64,000 nt of DNA from an uncultured delta proteobacterium. GTDB taxonomy: Bacteria; Desulfobacterota; Binatia; Binatales; Binataceae. The position numbers were made by a program, and so were the translations under genes. Shown here in pieces: positions 28,444 through 37,573 of the stretch. Position 1 is the first letter of the stretch; each line of letters starts with the position of its first letter. Below the pieces are notes generated by a model that saw only the letters and a program-made list of their open reading frames with translations, was not told the origin of the DNA and did no database searches. The stretch covers positions 928,001-992,000 of the forward strand of contig CAVQEQ010000001.1 of NCBI GenBank assembly GCA_963711565.1. The letters are read 5' to 3'.

Positions 28444-29049
28444 TCATTCGCCGAGCGGCTTCGCGACGCACAGTCCGTCCATAAGCAGTCGCCACACGTC
28501 GTTGTACGCGGCTTCGATCGCTGGGTCAGCCCACTCGGCAGCGTGTGCCGGGTGATGAAACCGGGACGTGGCGAAGAGCACCGCCCGGCCGGCGGCCACA
28601 GGGTCGACGGTGCGGAACGTACCTTCCTTGACACCGGACCGGATGACCATCGCGGCCAGCCCGATCAACTCTTCGACGTGAGCGGTGGCGACGGACTGCG
28701 CGTCGGCCGCCAGCGTACGATAGGCGGCGAACAGCTCCGGGTCTTGGGATGCCCGGCGGCGTTTGACGGCGATCAGCGCATCGAACAGCCGCCGTAACCG
28801 CTGCTGGGCCGGGCCCGGCTTGGCGGCGATGGCTCGCAGCGGGGGCATGGTCGCCTCTGCCCACCGGCCGACGACCAGATCGCGCAGCTCGGCCTTGGTC
28901 GCCACGTGCCGGTACACTGCTGCGTGGCTCACTCCCAGAGCCCGGGCCACGTCCACTACGTTCGCCTTGGCCGGGCCGAACCGGCGGATGACGTCCTCGG
29001 CCGCGGCAAGGATCCGATCGCGAGTGAGCGGGGTGTCAGCGGAAGACAT
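28444..29049 (-). CDS. TetR family regulator
   Basis: ILAAAEDVIRRFG..VVDVARALGVSHAAVYRH. Confidence 0.92.
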   Translation of the reverse strand: MSSADTPLTRDRILAAAEDVIRRFGPAKANVVDVARALGVSHAAVYRHVATKAELRDLVVGRWAEATMPPLRAIAAKPGPAQQRLRRLFDALIAVKRRRASQDPELFAAYRTLAADAQSVATAHVEELIGLAAMVIRSGVKEGTFRTVDPVAAGRAVLFATSRFHHPAHAAEWADPAIEAAYNDVWRLLMDGLCVAKPLGE

Positions 29050-29074
29050 GTGGACCTCTCAAGAGCTGCCGTGA

Positions 29075-29957
29075 TCAATGCGTCGGCGCGGCGGCGATGC
29101 CGTCCAGCTCCGCCAGGGTTTCGGGCGACAGCGTCAATTGCCCCGCGGCTAGGTTCTCGCGGAGGTGCGCGACCGACGACGTGCCGGGGATCAACAGGAT
29201 GTTGGCCGACCGGTGCAACAGCCACGCCAACGCGACCTGCATCGGAGTGGCCCCGCCGGCCCGCGACGGACGACAGGATGGACGACTGCAGCGGCGCGAA
29301 CCCGCCGAGCGGGAAGAACGGCACGTACGCGATACCCTGCCGGGCCAGGTCGTCGATCATAGCGTCGTCTTGGCGGTAGATCAGGTTGTAAGCGTTCTGC
29401 ACGCACACGATGCTGGTTATCGCTTGTGCCTCGGCCACCTGGGTCGCAGTGACGTTGCTCAGGCCGATGTGTCGGATCAGCCCCTTGCGCTGGAGGCTGG
29501 CCAGCACCGTCACCTGCTCGGCGATGGACCCCTCCTCGGGGCCGTGGCCCGACCCCATCACGCGGTAGTTGACAATGTCGAGCGCGTCCACGCCCAGGTT
29601 GCGGAGGTTGTCGTGGACGCCTGCGGTCAGCTCCTCGGGCGAGATAGCTCGTTGCCACGACTTGTCGGGAGGGCGGCGGCCCCCGAGCTTGGTGACGATC
29701 ACCATCCCGGTTGGGTACGGATGCAGAGCCTGCCGGATGGTCTGGTTGGTAACGTGCGGGCCGTAGTAGTCGCTGGTGTCGATATGGTTCACGCCGGCCG
29801 CAACGGCCTCGCGAAGGACTGCGACGGCACCGTCCGGGTCCCTAGGCGGCCCCCACACGCCGGGACCGGCCAGCTGCATGGCACCGTAACCCATGCGGTT
29901 CACAGTCAGCGAAGTCTTTGCGAACGTGAATCTTCCGCCGGGGCTGGTCGGGCTCAT
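29075..29957 (-). pseudogene. Aldo/keto reductase (YdbC-like), 1-nt frameshift near 29250 (probably an assembly error)
   Basis: GYGAMQL, HIDTSDYYG, IGLSNV, VQNAYN. The C-terminus ATPMQVALAWLL..LIPGTSSVAHLREN is in another frame and ends at 29075. Confidence 0.85.
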
Positions 29958-29995
29958 CGTAAGTTCCTCCGAGTGTTACAAGTTTCGATTTTGAA

Positions 29996-30895
29996 TCAGA
30001 TTTCGAGATTGTGCGCCCGTTCGAGATCCGCGATTAGCCCAGGGCCAACCGGGCGCCATCCGAGCCGCTCGCGCGTCAGCGCGCTGGACGCCGCAAGATC
30101 GATCATGGCGAGGTGCGCCATCCAGCCGAAGTACTTCGGCGCCTCCTCCGCTGTGATCGACTCGACCGGCATCTTCAATCGCGCACCGATCACCTCGGCG
30201 ATGTCGCGCAGGGCGACGCCCTCCTCGGCAACCGCATGGTAGCGCGCGCCTGCCTGGCCCTTCTCGAGCGCCAGCCGGTAAAGCCGGACGGCGTCGGAGA
30301 GGTGCACGGCCGGCAAGCGGTTCTTGCCCTCGCCGACATACGCCACCCGGCCCTGTTGCCGCGCCGTCTGGATATGAAGTGTGATCCGTCCCTGCTTGCT
30401 CGTGTCGTGCACCTGCGGCAGTCGCATCACCATCACGCGTCCGCCGCCCTTGGCGATCAGGGCCTCGGCCGCCTCCTCGGAGGCTGCGCGGGGAAACTCC
30501 GCCGAGCTGACGTGGTCGTCGGTCTCCACTGCGGGCGCGCCAGTCTTTGACCGGACGAGGCCCGTGCCGGAGGTGATGATGAGCGGCCGGTCTGATCCGG
30601 CCGGCACCTCGCCGAGCGTCTCGATGACTTTGCGGTCGTCCTCGCTGTTCTGCTTTAAGTTGGAGAAGTCGTGGTTGAAGGCCAGGTGAATCACAGCATC
30701 CGACTTGGCCGCTCCGCCTTTCAGACTTTCCAGGTCTTCGAGGGAACCTCGATGTACCTCGGCGCCGGCCGCGGCAAGAGACTTTGCTCCCGCCTCGGAT
30801 CGGGTAAGACCCAGCACCTGATAGCCTGCGTTGATCAGCTCGGGGACGAGGGCGCAACCGATAAAACCTGTAGCACCGGTAACAAAGACACGCAC
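29996..30895 (-). CDS. Extended SDR / NAD-dependent epimerase
   Basis: VFVTGATGFIG, VIHLAFNH, AVHLSDA. Confidence 0.9.
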   Translation of the reverse strand: MRVFVTGATGFIGCALVPELINAGYQVLGLTRSEAGAKSLAAAGAEVHRGSLEDLESLKGGAAKSDAVIHLAFNHDFSNLKQNSEDDRKVIETLGEVPAGSDRPLIITSGTGLVRSKTGAPAVETDDHVSSAEFPRAASEEAAEALIAKGGGRVMVMRLPQVHDTSKQGRITLHIQTARQQGRVAYVGEGKNRLPAVHLSDAVRLYRLALEKGQAGARYHAVAEEGVALRDIAEVIGARLKMPVESITAEEAPKYFGWMAHLAMIDLAASSALTRERLGWRPVGPGLIADLERAHNLEI

Positions 30896-30906
30896 GACTA
30901 CTCCTC

Positions 30907-31827
30907 CTATTGTGCGGGAACCGTCGCCAGCAAGGCGCGTGTCTCGGCGACGACGCGATCCTGGAACTTCGGATCGCGCACGAGCGGGGAACCGAGCATC
31001 GGGTGGCCGCCTTCGTCGTAGTAGATGCCGGTCTGACCGGATGCATCGATCAGGACTTTGGTGGCAACGCGCCCGGCCCGCTTAGGGGTGCTCCAATCCT
31101 TCATGAAGGGCGCGATCAACGGAAGGATGTATTTCAACAAGAAGCGCATGAGGACGTTGGACCCGCGTTCGAGGCCTGTGTTCGGTATAAAGCCCGGTTC
31201 GAGCGCGTTGAAGCGTAACCGTGGAGTCTCACGGGCGAACGCCATCGCCGCGGCAAGATTGGCCTGCTTCGACGTGGCGTAAGCGTCAAAGCCCGTTTGC
31301 GTGGCGCCGCCCGGTTTCCACTCGCCGCGCGCGCTCGCCTCCGCAGAGATATAGCGACCGCCGCGGAAGCCGACAGCCTTGGCGAGCTTGCGCTCGGGAT
31401 CTTCTACGGCGGAGGCGACGAAGACGACGTTCGCACCATCGGGGAGATGCGGCACGAGCGCTTCGGTCAATGCGAACGGTCCGAGGTGGTCGGTTGCGAA
31501 GGTCAGGTCCCAGCCGATCGCGTTCTTCGTGGGACGCATCTGCCCGCCGATGCCCGCGTTGTTGAGGAGGCCGGCGATCGCAAGATCAAGCGCGATAATT
31601 TCCGCAGCCGCGCGCGCCACGCTCGCCGGATCAGACAAGTCGCACACGACCGAAACCGCGTGCTGTCCTTTTTGCTCGATGGACCTCTGCACCTCGTCGA
31701 GCTTTCGGCGGTCTCCGCCGACCAGGACGACCGTGCCGTGCTTGGCCAATTCGAATGCAGTGTTGCGACCGATGCCGGAGGTCGGTCCGGTCATGATGTA
31801 CGCCTTTCGATCTGAAGGATTTTCCAA
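30907..31827 (-). CDS. Short-chain dehydrogenase/reductase
   Basis: TGPTSGIG, NNAGI, HLGPFALT, YATSK. Confidence 0.9.
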   Translation of the reverse strand: MENPSDRKAYIMTGPTSGIGRNTAFELAKHGTVVLVGGDRRKLDEVQRSIEQKGQHAVSVVCDLSDPASVARAAAEIIALDLAIAGLLNNAGIGGQMRPTKNAIGWDLTFATDHLGPFALTEALVPHLPDGANVVFVASAVEDPERKLAKAVGFRGGRYISAEASARGEWKPGGATQTGFDAYATSKQANLAAAMAFARETPRLRFNALEPGFIPNTGLERGSNVLMRFLLKYILPLIAPFMKDWSTPKRAGRVATKVLIDASGQTGIYYDEGGHPMLGSPLVRDPKFQDRVVAETRALLATVPAQ

Positions 31828-31907
31828 ACCGGTCCTCGGCGTATCTTCCTCTACTTAGTGCGTTGCTCGTTTCCGAATGCCGACGAGACTAAGTGTACAC
31901 GATTCAG

Positions 31908-31936
31908 TTACAGAAATCAAATATTGAAATCCGTAA
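31908..31936. promoter_or_regulatory. Imperfect inverted repeat, putative TetR operator
   Basis: TTACAGAAATCAA-ATA-TTGAAATCCGTAA (10 of 13 positions pair), upstream of the SDR-SDR-AKR-TetR unit. Confidence 0.5.
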
Positions 31937-32012
31937 GTTGAACGAGCGCGGGCGCTTTGGCAAAACTGTGTCCCGCGAGGCGTAGGTGAGGGCGTCCGCT
32001 ACAAACTGAATC

Positions 32013-33296
32013 TCACGCGCTACGCTTGTCGTCCGGCGCCTCGACTCCCGCCTTCGCCGCCGACTCGACCACCGCCGAACGGAAGATGCCATGCGCCATC
32101 GTCGATTCCTCGCGATCCGTGCGCACCGCATAGACTTTCATCCGCACTTCATGCGCCGACTTGTCATCGGGCGCTGCCGCCACCGCCCAATCCGCCAGAT
32201 GACACGCGAGCACGATATCGCCCGCCGCGAGTTTTTCATTCGCCCGCGCGATCATTGGCGCGATTCCGCCGGCCAGCGCCGCGATTTCCCGCGCCCGCTC
32301 GCCGTCCGTCGCGGGTTTAAGATTCGACGGAGTGCCGTCGTACCATCCGCCTTCCAGCCGCCAGATATTACGCACGATAAACTCGGGCTCGTCATAAACC
32401 GCCTGCAGCCACGGCTTCTCCGCAAGATTCGCCGGCGGCTTGACGGTGTGAATTACCTCGTCGAGCGGCGCGCCCGCATTCATCATCGCAATTGTCTGAT
32501 CGTATAAACTCTGCAGATAGTTCGCGGTGTCGTTCAGCACCTGGCGCACGCGAATCGCGCCGAACACCGGGTAGCCATGCCCTGGCACGAGCACTTCCGC
32601 GCCGAGCTTCGCCATCACGCGCAGCGCCTCGGCCCATTCGCGTGCGTAGCGCTGCGCCTTCTGCGGATTGCCCGCGTTGGGCGCCGCCCAGATGATCAAA
32701 TCCCCGGTGCACAGCACTTTGCGCTGCGGGATATATACCCAGCAATGGTCGTCGGTCTCGCCGCGCGCGTGATGGCATTCATACTTGTCGTCGCCCGCAA
32801 CTACATTCAACTGACTATCGAAGTAGGTATCCGGATATACATACTCAGTCGGCCATGGAGCCGGCCGGTTGAACTGCCGCGTATTGACTACTGTGTTGTA
32901 GCCAGCCGTCCGCTTGTAGCGATCGAACCGCGCCGCGACTGCGCGATGCCCCACGACGCGCGGCCGCGCGACCTTGTTCTTCTGCGCATCCGCGACAATC
33001 GCCGGCATCCCGCACGCGTGATCGACATGCCCATGCGTGTAAATCGCCGTGTTCACCCGCTCCGGCGAGAACCGCCGAATCAGTTTCACCGTCGCGTCCT
33101 GGTTGAAGTAGCCGCCCGTGTCGATCAGCACGAGCCCCTCGCGCGTCTTGGCCGCCGTCACGTTCGCAAACCAGCGATAGAACATCACGCCATCGGCAAT
33201 CTCTTCATACTCGCCAGTCGGCACCAGCGGATGGAACTGGCGAGTGGTTATCGCGCCAGTAAAAATCTTCTCCGACTGATCTCTTATGACGCCCAT
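32013..33296 (-). CDS. Alkyl-sulfatase-like metallo-beta-lactamase fold hydrolase with dimerisation domain
   Basis: THGHVDH, HARGETDDH, PNAGNPQK, PGHG, GGWYDG. Confidence 0.88.
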   Translation of the reverse strand: MGVIRDQSEKIFTGAITTRQFHPLVPTGEYEEIADGVMFYRWFANVTAAKTREGLVLIDTGGYFNQDATVKLIRRFSPERVNTAIYTHGHVDHACGMPAIVADAQKNKVARPRVVGHRAVAARFDRYKRTAGYNTVVNTRQFNRPAPWPTEYVYPDTYFDSQLNVVAGDDKYECHHARGETDDHCWVYIPQRKVLCTGDLIIWAAPNAGNPQKAQRYAREWAEALRVMAKLGAEVLVPGHGYPVFGAIRVRQVLNDTANYLQSLYDQTIAMMNAGAPLDEVIHTVKPPANLAEKPWLQAVYDEPEFIVRNIWRLEGGWYDGTPSNLKPATDGERAREIAALAGGIAPMIARANEKLAAGDIVLACHLADWAVAAAPDDKSAHEVRMKVYAVRTDREESTMAHGIFRSAVVESAAKAGVEAPDDKRSA

Positions 33297-33365
33297 ACGA
33301 CTTGTCCCTTCCGGCTCTTACCTCGCCCAGGTTAAGATGTCGCGTTCCTCGCAACCTATTATTCG

Positions 33366-33466
33366 CCTCTCCCGCTTAGTTGCGGGAGAGGTCGCGCCAC
33401 TGGCGCGGGTGAGGGGGGAGCTTCACGGGAGAGGCGGCAGGCCGCATCGCGGCCGGTAGGTGAGGG
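33366..33466. repeat. Tandem CCTCTCCC/GGGAGAGG...GGTGAGGG palindromic elements
   Basis: Hairpin CCTCTCCCGC-N6-GCGGGAGAGG, with two GGGAGAGG-hairpin-GGTGAGGG units. Confidence 0.65.
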
Positions 33467-33487
33467 TTCTGCGGCTCATGCACAATT

Positions 33488-34192
33488 TCAATCCCCTTCG
33501 ATCCGATGCAGCTCCCCAATATGCCGAATCTTCTCATGCTCGACCCACGTGTAGCGCCGATGCTGATCGATCAGCCGCGCCTCGATTCCCGCCGCGCGCG
33601 CACCCTCTACATCGATCGAGTAGATATCGCCGGTAAATTTCACTTCGTCAGCAGCGACGCCGAGCCGTTCGAGCGCGATCTGAAAAATCCGCGGATCCGG
33701 CTTCGCCACGCCGACAATATGCGAGTCGATTATCACGTCAAAGTATTTCGCCAGCCCGAATCGTTGCGCGTCCGCTTCGACCTGCCCCTCCGCATTCGAC
33801 ACGATCGCGAGCTTGTATCCCGCCGACTTGAAGGCCTCGAGCGCCTCGAATGTGCCCGGCCGCACGACACGCCACAGCGTGGCCTCGCGATGTATCGCGC
33901 CGAACCTTGCCGCGTGCTCGCGAAATTCTTCTTCCGGAATTCCCGCCGCCGCCATCCAGCCGCGAAAAAAATGCTCGTACGCCGCGGCGGTCGCCAGCCT
34001 GTTCCCCTCGCTCATCAGATGCCGATCGATCGCCGCACGCCCCGCGTATTCCGCATGCTCGAGCGCAAGCGCATCGAGTTTGCGCCCCTCGCGCGAAAAC
34101 TCCCGCGCCAGCAATTCATAATCCAGAAACGCGAGCGTGCCGCCAAAGTCGAACATCAGCGCCTTCAGTTTTTCTCTTTTCTTGGGATTCAT
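33488..34192 (-). CDS. HAD-superfamily hydrolase (subfamily IA)
   Basis: FDFGGTL, IVSN, KPDPRIF, GDIYSIDVEGA. Confidence 0.92.
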   Translation of the reverse strand: MNPKKREKLKALMFDFGGTLAFLDYELLAREFSREGRKLDALALEHAEYAGRAAIDRHLMSEGNRLATAAAYEHFFRGWMAAAGIPEEEFREHAARFGAIHREATLWRVVRPGTFEALEAFKSAGYKLAIVSNAEGQVEADAQRFGLAKYFDVIIDSHIVGVAKPDPRIFQIALERLGVAADEVKFTGDIYSIDVEGARAAGIEARLIDQHRRYTWVEHEKIRHIGELHRIEGD

Positions 34193-34250
34193 TCCGCAAA
34201 TCAGCTTAGCAGCCCCCGGCCATCACCCGCATCTTTTCTTATCTTAATAC

Positions 34251-34306
34251 TGGGTGCAGGGGTCACCCCTGCCGAAGGAAGTCTGAAACCCACGCGGGGT
34301 TTCAGA
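34251..34306 (+). repeat. REP-like repeat copy 2 plus a second hairpin
   Basis: First 24 bp identical to 20543-20566, then TCTGAAACCC-ACGCG-GGGTTTCAGA. Confidence 0.8.
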
Positions 34307-34402
34307 TTAAATTCCTAAGTCTCATTGCGCGGCTATCTAGCAAAAAGATATGATTTTTCTGGAGATTTCTCCCCGTCGCGCCAGCACTCAGCAGGAGTAG
34401 TG

Positions 34403-35011
34403 ATGTTCACCGGTATCATTGAAGATCTCGGCACCGTCGAAAGCCTCAAGCCGACCGACCAGGGCGCGGTGATTTCCGTCCACACCTCGCTCCCGATTTC
34501 CGAAATCACCATCGGCGACTCGATCACCGTCAACGGCGCCTGCCTGACTGTGATTTCCAAAAACCCCGGCCGCTTTGCGATGGACGTCTCGGCTGAAACC
34601 CTCCGATGCACCGGGCTTGGCAGTCTGAAACCCGGCGCCCGCGTCAATCTCGAGCGATGCCTCACGCTGGGCAAGTTGCTCGGCGGCCATCTCGTTTCCG
34701 GTCACGTCAACGGCGTCGGCCGCGTCGTTTCGATCAAGCCCGAGGGCGACTCGAAACTCTTCACCTTCGAGGTCGCACCCGCACAGGCGCGCTACCTGGT
34801 CGAGAAAGGCTCGGTCGGTATCGACGGCATCAGCCTCACGATTTTTTCGATCAACGACAACAATTTTTCCGTCGAGGTGATTCCCCACACGCTGCGCTCG
34901 ACGACGCTCGGCTTCAAGCAGCCCGGCGATTCCGTCAACATCGAGAACGACATGCTGGTCAAGTACGTCGAGAAGATCCTCGCCGTGCGAGCCGCCGCAA
35001 CCCCCGCGTAG
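34403..35011 (+). CDS. ribE: Riboflavin synthase (alpha chain)
   Basis: MFTGII start, GDSITVNGACLTV, VNLER, GGHLVSGH, KGSVGIDGISLT; AGGAG RBS. Confidence 0.97.
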   Translation: MFTGIIEDLGTVESLKPTDQGAVISVHTSLPISEITIGDSITVNGACLTVISKNPGRFAMDVSAETLRCTGLGSLKPGARVNLERCLTLGKLLGGHLVSGHVNGVGRVVSIKPEGDSKLFTFEVAPAQARYLVEKGSVGIDGISLTIFSINDNNFSVEVIPHTLRSTTLGFKQPGDSVNIENDMLVKYVEKILAVRAAATPA

Positions 35012-35023
35012 ATACTGAAAACG

Positions 35024-35491
35024 ATGAGCCTGATGCAGATACCGCGCAAGATCGAGTACGCACTGCGTGCGATGATCTATCTCGCCGATCATCCCGCGGG
35101 CGTGGCGCGCGGCACTGAGATAGCCACTCGCGAGCAAATCCCGAAGTACTATCTCGAAAAAGTCATTCGCGATCTGATGCGTCGCGGCCTCGTCCATGCG
35201 CGCCGCGGCCCCGGCGGCGGCTACCAGCTCGCGCGCAAAGCGGACACCGTCACGTTCCGCGACATCATCGAAGCCGTCGAGGGTCCGATCACGCTCAACG
35301 TATGTACCGACGGCAGCAGCTCATGCGCTCTGCAGCCGACCTGCCGGATGTATCGCGTGTGGGAGAAGGGTCAGCGCGTCCTGCTCGAAGTTTTCTCCGA
35401 CACCTCGCTCGCCGAAATAGCCGCGTCGCGCCCATCGCCGCCCATCTGCCCTCCCGACGAAATCTCGCCGGCCAAGTCGCAGCCCGCATAG
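35024..35491 (+). CDS. Rrf2 family regulator with three Fe-S cysteines
   Basis: YALRAM, RGPGGGYQL, IIEAVEG, C-x6-C-x5-C. Confidence 0.93.
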   Translation: MSLMQIPRKIEYALRAMIYLADHPAGVARGTEIATREQIPKYYLEKVIRDLMRRGLVHARRGPGGGYQLARKADTVTFRDIIEAVEGPITLNVCTDGSSSCALQPTCRMYRVWEKGQRVLLEVFSDTSLAEIAASRPSPPICPPDEISPAKSQPA

Positions 35492-35547
35492 CCCGAATTG
35501 AAGACGCCCCGAACCCCGACGCCGCGAACGCCCCCCGCGCGATTCTT

Positions 35548-35581
35548 CCCCTTCCCTCGAGGGAAGGGGTTACGGGTTAGG
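35548..35581. repeat. CCCCTTCCCT/AGGGAAGGGG palindrome, related to the 33366 elements
   Basis: Perfect 10-bp stem followed by GGGTTAGG; intergenic. Confidence 0.55.
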
Positions 35582-35616
35582 TTGCCCGCATTCTTCTCTT
35601 TTCCGGATCCCACCCC

Positions 35617-36798
35617 GTGAGCGATTTCGCACCCATCAGCCTCGGCGACTTCACCGCAAAACCGCGCCGCGGCGCTCCGGTCTTCACCGAGAAAACTTTC
35701 TACCTCGAGGAATTCTACGGCAAGAGCCTGCTCTTCGCGCTGATTCCGCCCGCCGGACAGCGCATCGCCGAATTCGACTCTCTCCTCCTGACGCTCCGCG
35801 AATTGCGCCGCAATCAGACCCGATGCGTCGTCATCGTTTCGCCGAGCGCGATGCCGAAGCTGATGCGCCGGCTCGGACGCCTCGCGCCCAAGGAGCCGCC
35901 GCCCGTCTTCAACCCGTCCGAAGGATTGCGCTCGCGCCCCTATCCGCCCGACTCCGCCGTCGCCGAAATCTGGGAGCGGCTCCGCGCCGGCTCGATCGTC
36001 GTCGCCTCGATGAGTCGCGACGACGCCGACGATCTCACCGTCTTCGCGCGCGAGCTCGCCAGCCGGCTGCGCGTCTTCAAGCTCCTGATGCTCGATCGGC
36101 GCGGCGGACTGCTCGACAAGGACGGCAACCGGCTCTCCTTCGTCGAGGAACGCCGCATCGGCCGCACGATGCGCAATATCCGCTCGCCCGCTCGCAGAGC
36201 CATCGTCCGCGCCGCCCTCGACGCGCTTGAAGACGGCGTAGGCTCCGTCAACCTGGTCGCGCCTGCCGACGTTTACGAAGAACTCTTCAGCTTCATCGGC
36301 GCCGGCACGCTGTTCACCGAGATGCAGTACGGCTTCGTCCGCCCCGTTTCGATCGACGACTTCGAGGAAGTCGAGGCGCTCATCGTCCGCGGTCAGAACG
36401 AAGGCTACCTGCTGCCGCGCACGCCCGAGCAGATCGCGCAGATCCTGCCTTCATGCTTCGGCTATCGAATCGGCGACGAGCACCTCGCCGGAATCTGCTC
36501 GCTGCTGACCGAGCCCTACCGCCGCGACCGATGCGGCGAGATCACCGCGATGTACACCCTGACACGCTTCCAGGGCGAAGGCGTCGCCGCCGTGCTGGTC
36601 CGCGAGATCTTGAAGGAAGCCAGGGCGCGCCGCCTCAAATATCTGTTCGCCTGCACCAGTGACGATCGCGTCGCCGGACTCTTCTCCCGCCTCGGCTTCA
36701 AACGCGTGACCGCCCGCGAGGTCTCCGCATCCAAGTGGCGCGACTACGATCCCTCGCGCATCCAGAGCCTGAGTATATTGCGCACCGACCTCGACTGA
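35617..36798 (+). CDS. ArgA-like N-acetyltransferase (degenerate kinase-like domain plus GNAT)
   Basis: ALEDGVGSVNL..EELFSFIGAGTLF linker, GYLLPR, FQGEGVA acetyl-CoA motif. Confidence 0.75.
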   Translation: MSDFAPISLGDFTAKPRRGAPVFTEKTFYLEEFYGKSLLFALIPPAGQRIAEFDSLLLTLRELRRNQTRCVVIVSPSAMPKLMRRLGRLAPKEPPPVFNPSEGLRSRPYPPDSAVAEIWERLRAGSIVVASMSRDDADDLTVFARELASRLRVFKLLMLDRRGGLLDKDGNRLSFVEERRIGRTMRNIRSPARRAIVRAALDALEDGVGSVNLVAPADVYEELFSFIGAGTLFTEMQYGFVRPVSIDDFEEVEALIVRGQNEGYLLPRTPEQIAQILPSCFGYRIGDEHLAGICSLLTEPYRRDRCGEITAMYTLTRFQGEGVAAVLVREILKEARARRLKYLFACTSDDRVAGLFSRLGFKRVTAREVSASKWRDYDPSRIQSLSILRTDLD

Positions 36799-36835
36799 CT
36801 ATTCGTCGAATAACTAGTTGCTATTTACTTTCGCG

Positions 36836-37270
36836 TTAATTGTGTCGATCGCAGGCTGTGATATTTTCCTGTATCCGGCAAAATTGCGCGCGATCCTTTC
36901 CCGCCGAGGCCCGGCAATGTGTCATCGCCTGTCTCGTGGCGACCGCCACGTCCGGTCCGAGCCCCCAGCCGAAGCCGGGTGTCCCGGACTTGGGATCGAA
37001 TGCTGCCGCGTAGCACTTCCCCGTGAACGTCCGCATGATCCTGCATCGCGCCGCTGCTTTCTGGACGTCGGGTTGCGAACGACACTTCTCAAGTGCCGCC
37101 GCGATTGCCCCCTCGCGCGTTGAATCGTCAACACTTCCACCGATAGCAACTCCATCCACCACAACGTTGCCAGTCGACCCAATAGCCAGAGCCCCTTCAG
37201 CCCCGACGCGAGCCGAGAATCCGATCAGCGCCGTGAGACCGAAGAGTGAGACGATCAGGATCTTTTGCAT
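36836..37270 (-). CDS. Secreted DUF4189-like Cys-containing protein
   Basis: Signal peptide, GALAIG, AALEKC...C...C...AMTHC...C...C. Confidence 0.75.
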   Translation of the reverse strand: MQKILIVSLFGLTALIGFSARVGAEGALAIGSTGNVVVDGVAIGGSVDDSTREGAIAAALEKCRSQPDVQKAAARCRIMRTFTGKCYAAAFDPKSGTPGFGWGLGPDVAVATRQAMTHCRASAGKDRAQFCRIQENITACDRHN

Positions 37271-37448
37271 GTTTTCCTCTTCTCGCCATTGCTAAGCCAT
37301 AAATGGCTTCACGCGATCTTAGTTAACAGCATTTGACCGGCATGACCGAATTGACGCTACTGAAGCCCTAACGCTACCGCGGCCGCATCCGGCGCTCCCT
37401 CAATTTCACGTGGCGGCGATTCCGGCGCCGCTCAGTGGCGCTTCACGC

Positions 37449-37493
37449 TGGGTGCAGGGGTCAGCCCATGCCGCCCGCCGCGCAGGCGATTAT
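37449..37493 (+). repeat. REP-like repeat copy 3 (slightly degenerate)
   Basis: TGGGTGCAGGGGTCAGCCCATGCCGCCCGCCGCGCAGGCGATTAT. Confidence 0.85.
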
Positions 37494-37573
37494 GCTCTTC
37501 TTGACCGATCGAGAAGAAGTTGCTCGGAGATGGCGGGTGCGCGATACCTTCAATAGTAATCGAGGTGTCAGTC

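Noticed and set aside
34193-34402. FMN riboswitch upstream of ribE
   Set aside because: The conserved RFN core (AGGGC.GGGTGAAA.TCCC.ACCGGCGGT) is absent; the hairpins belong to the REP-like repeat.
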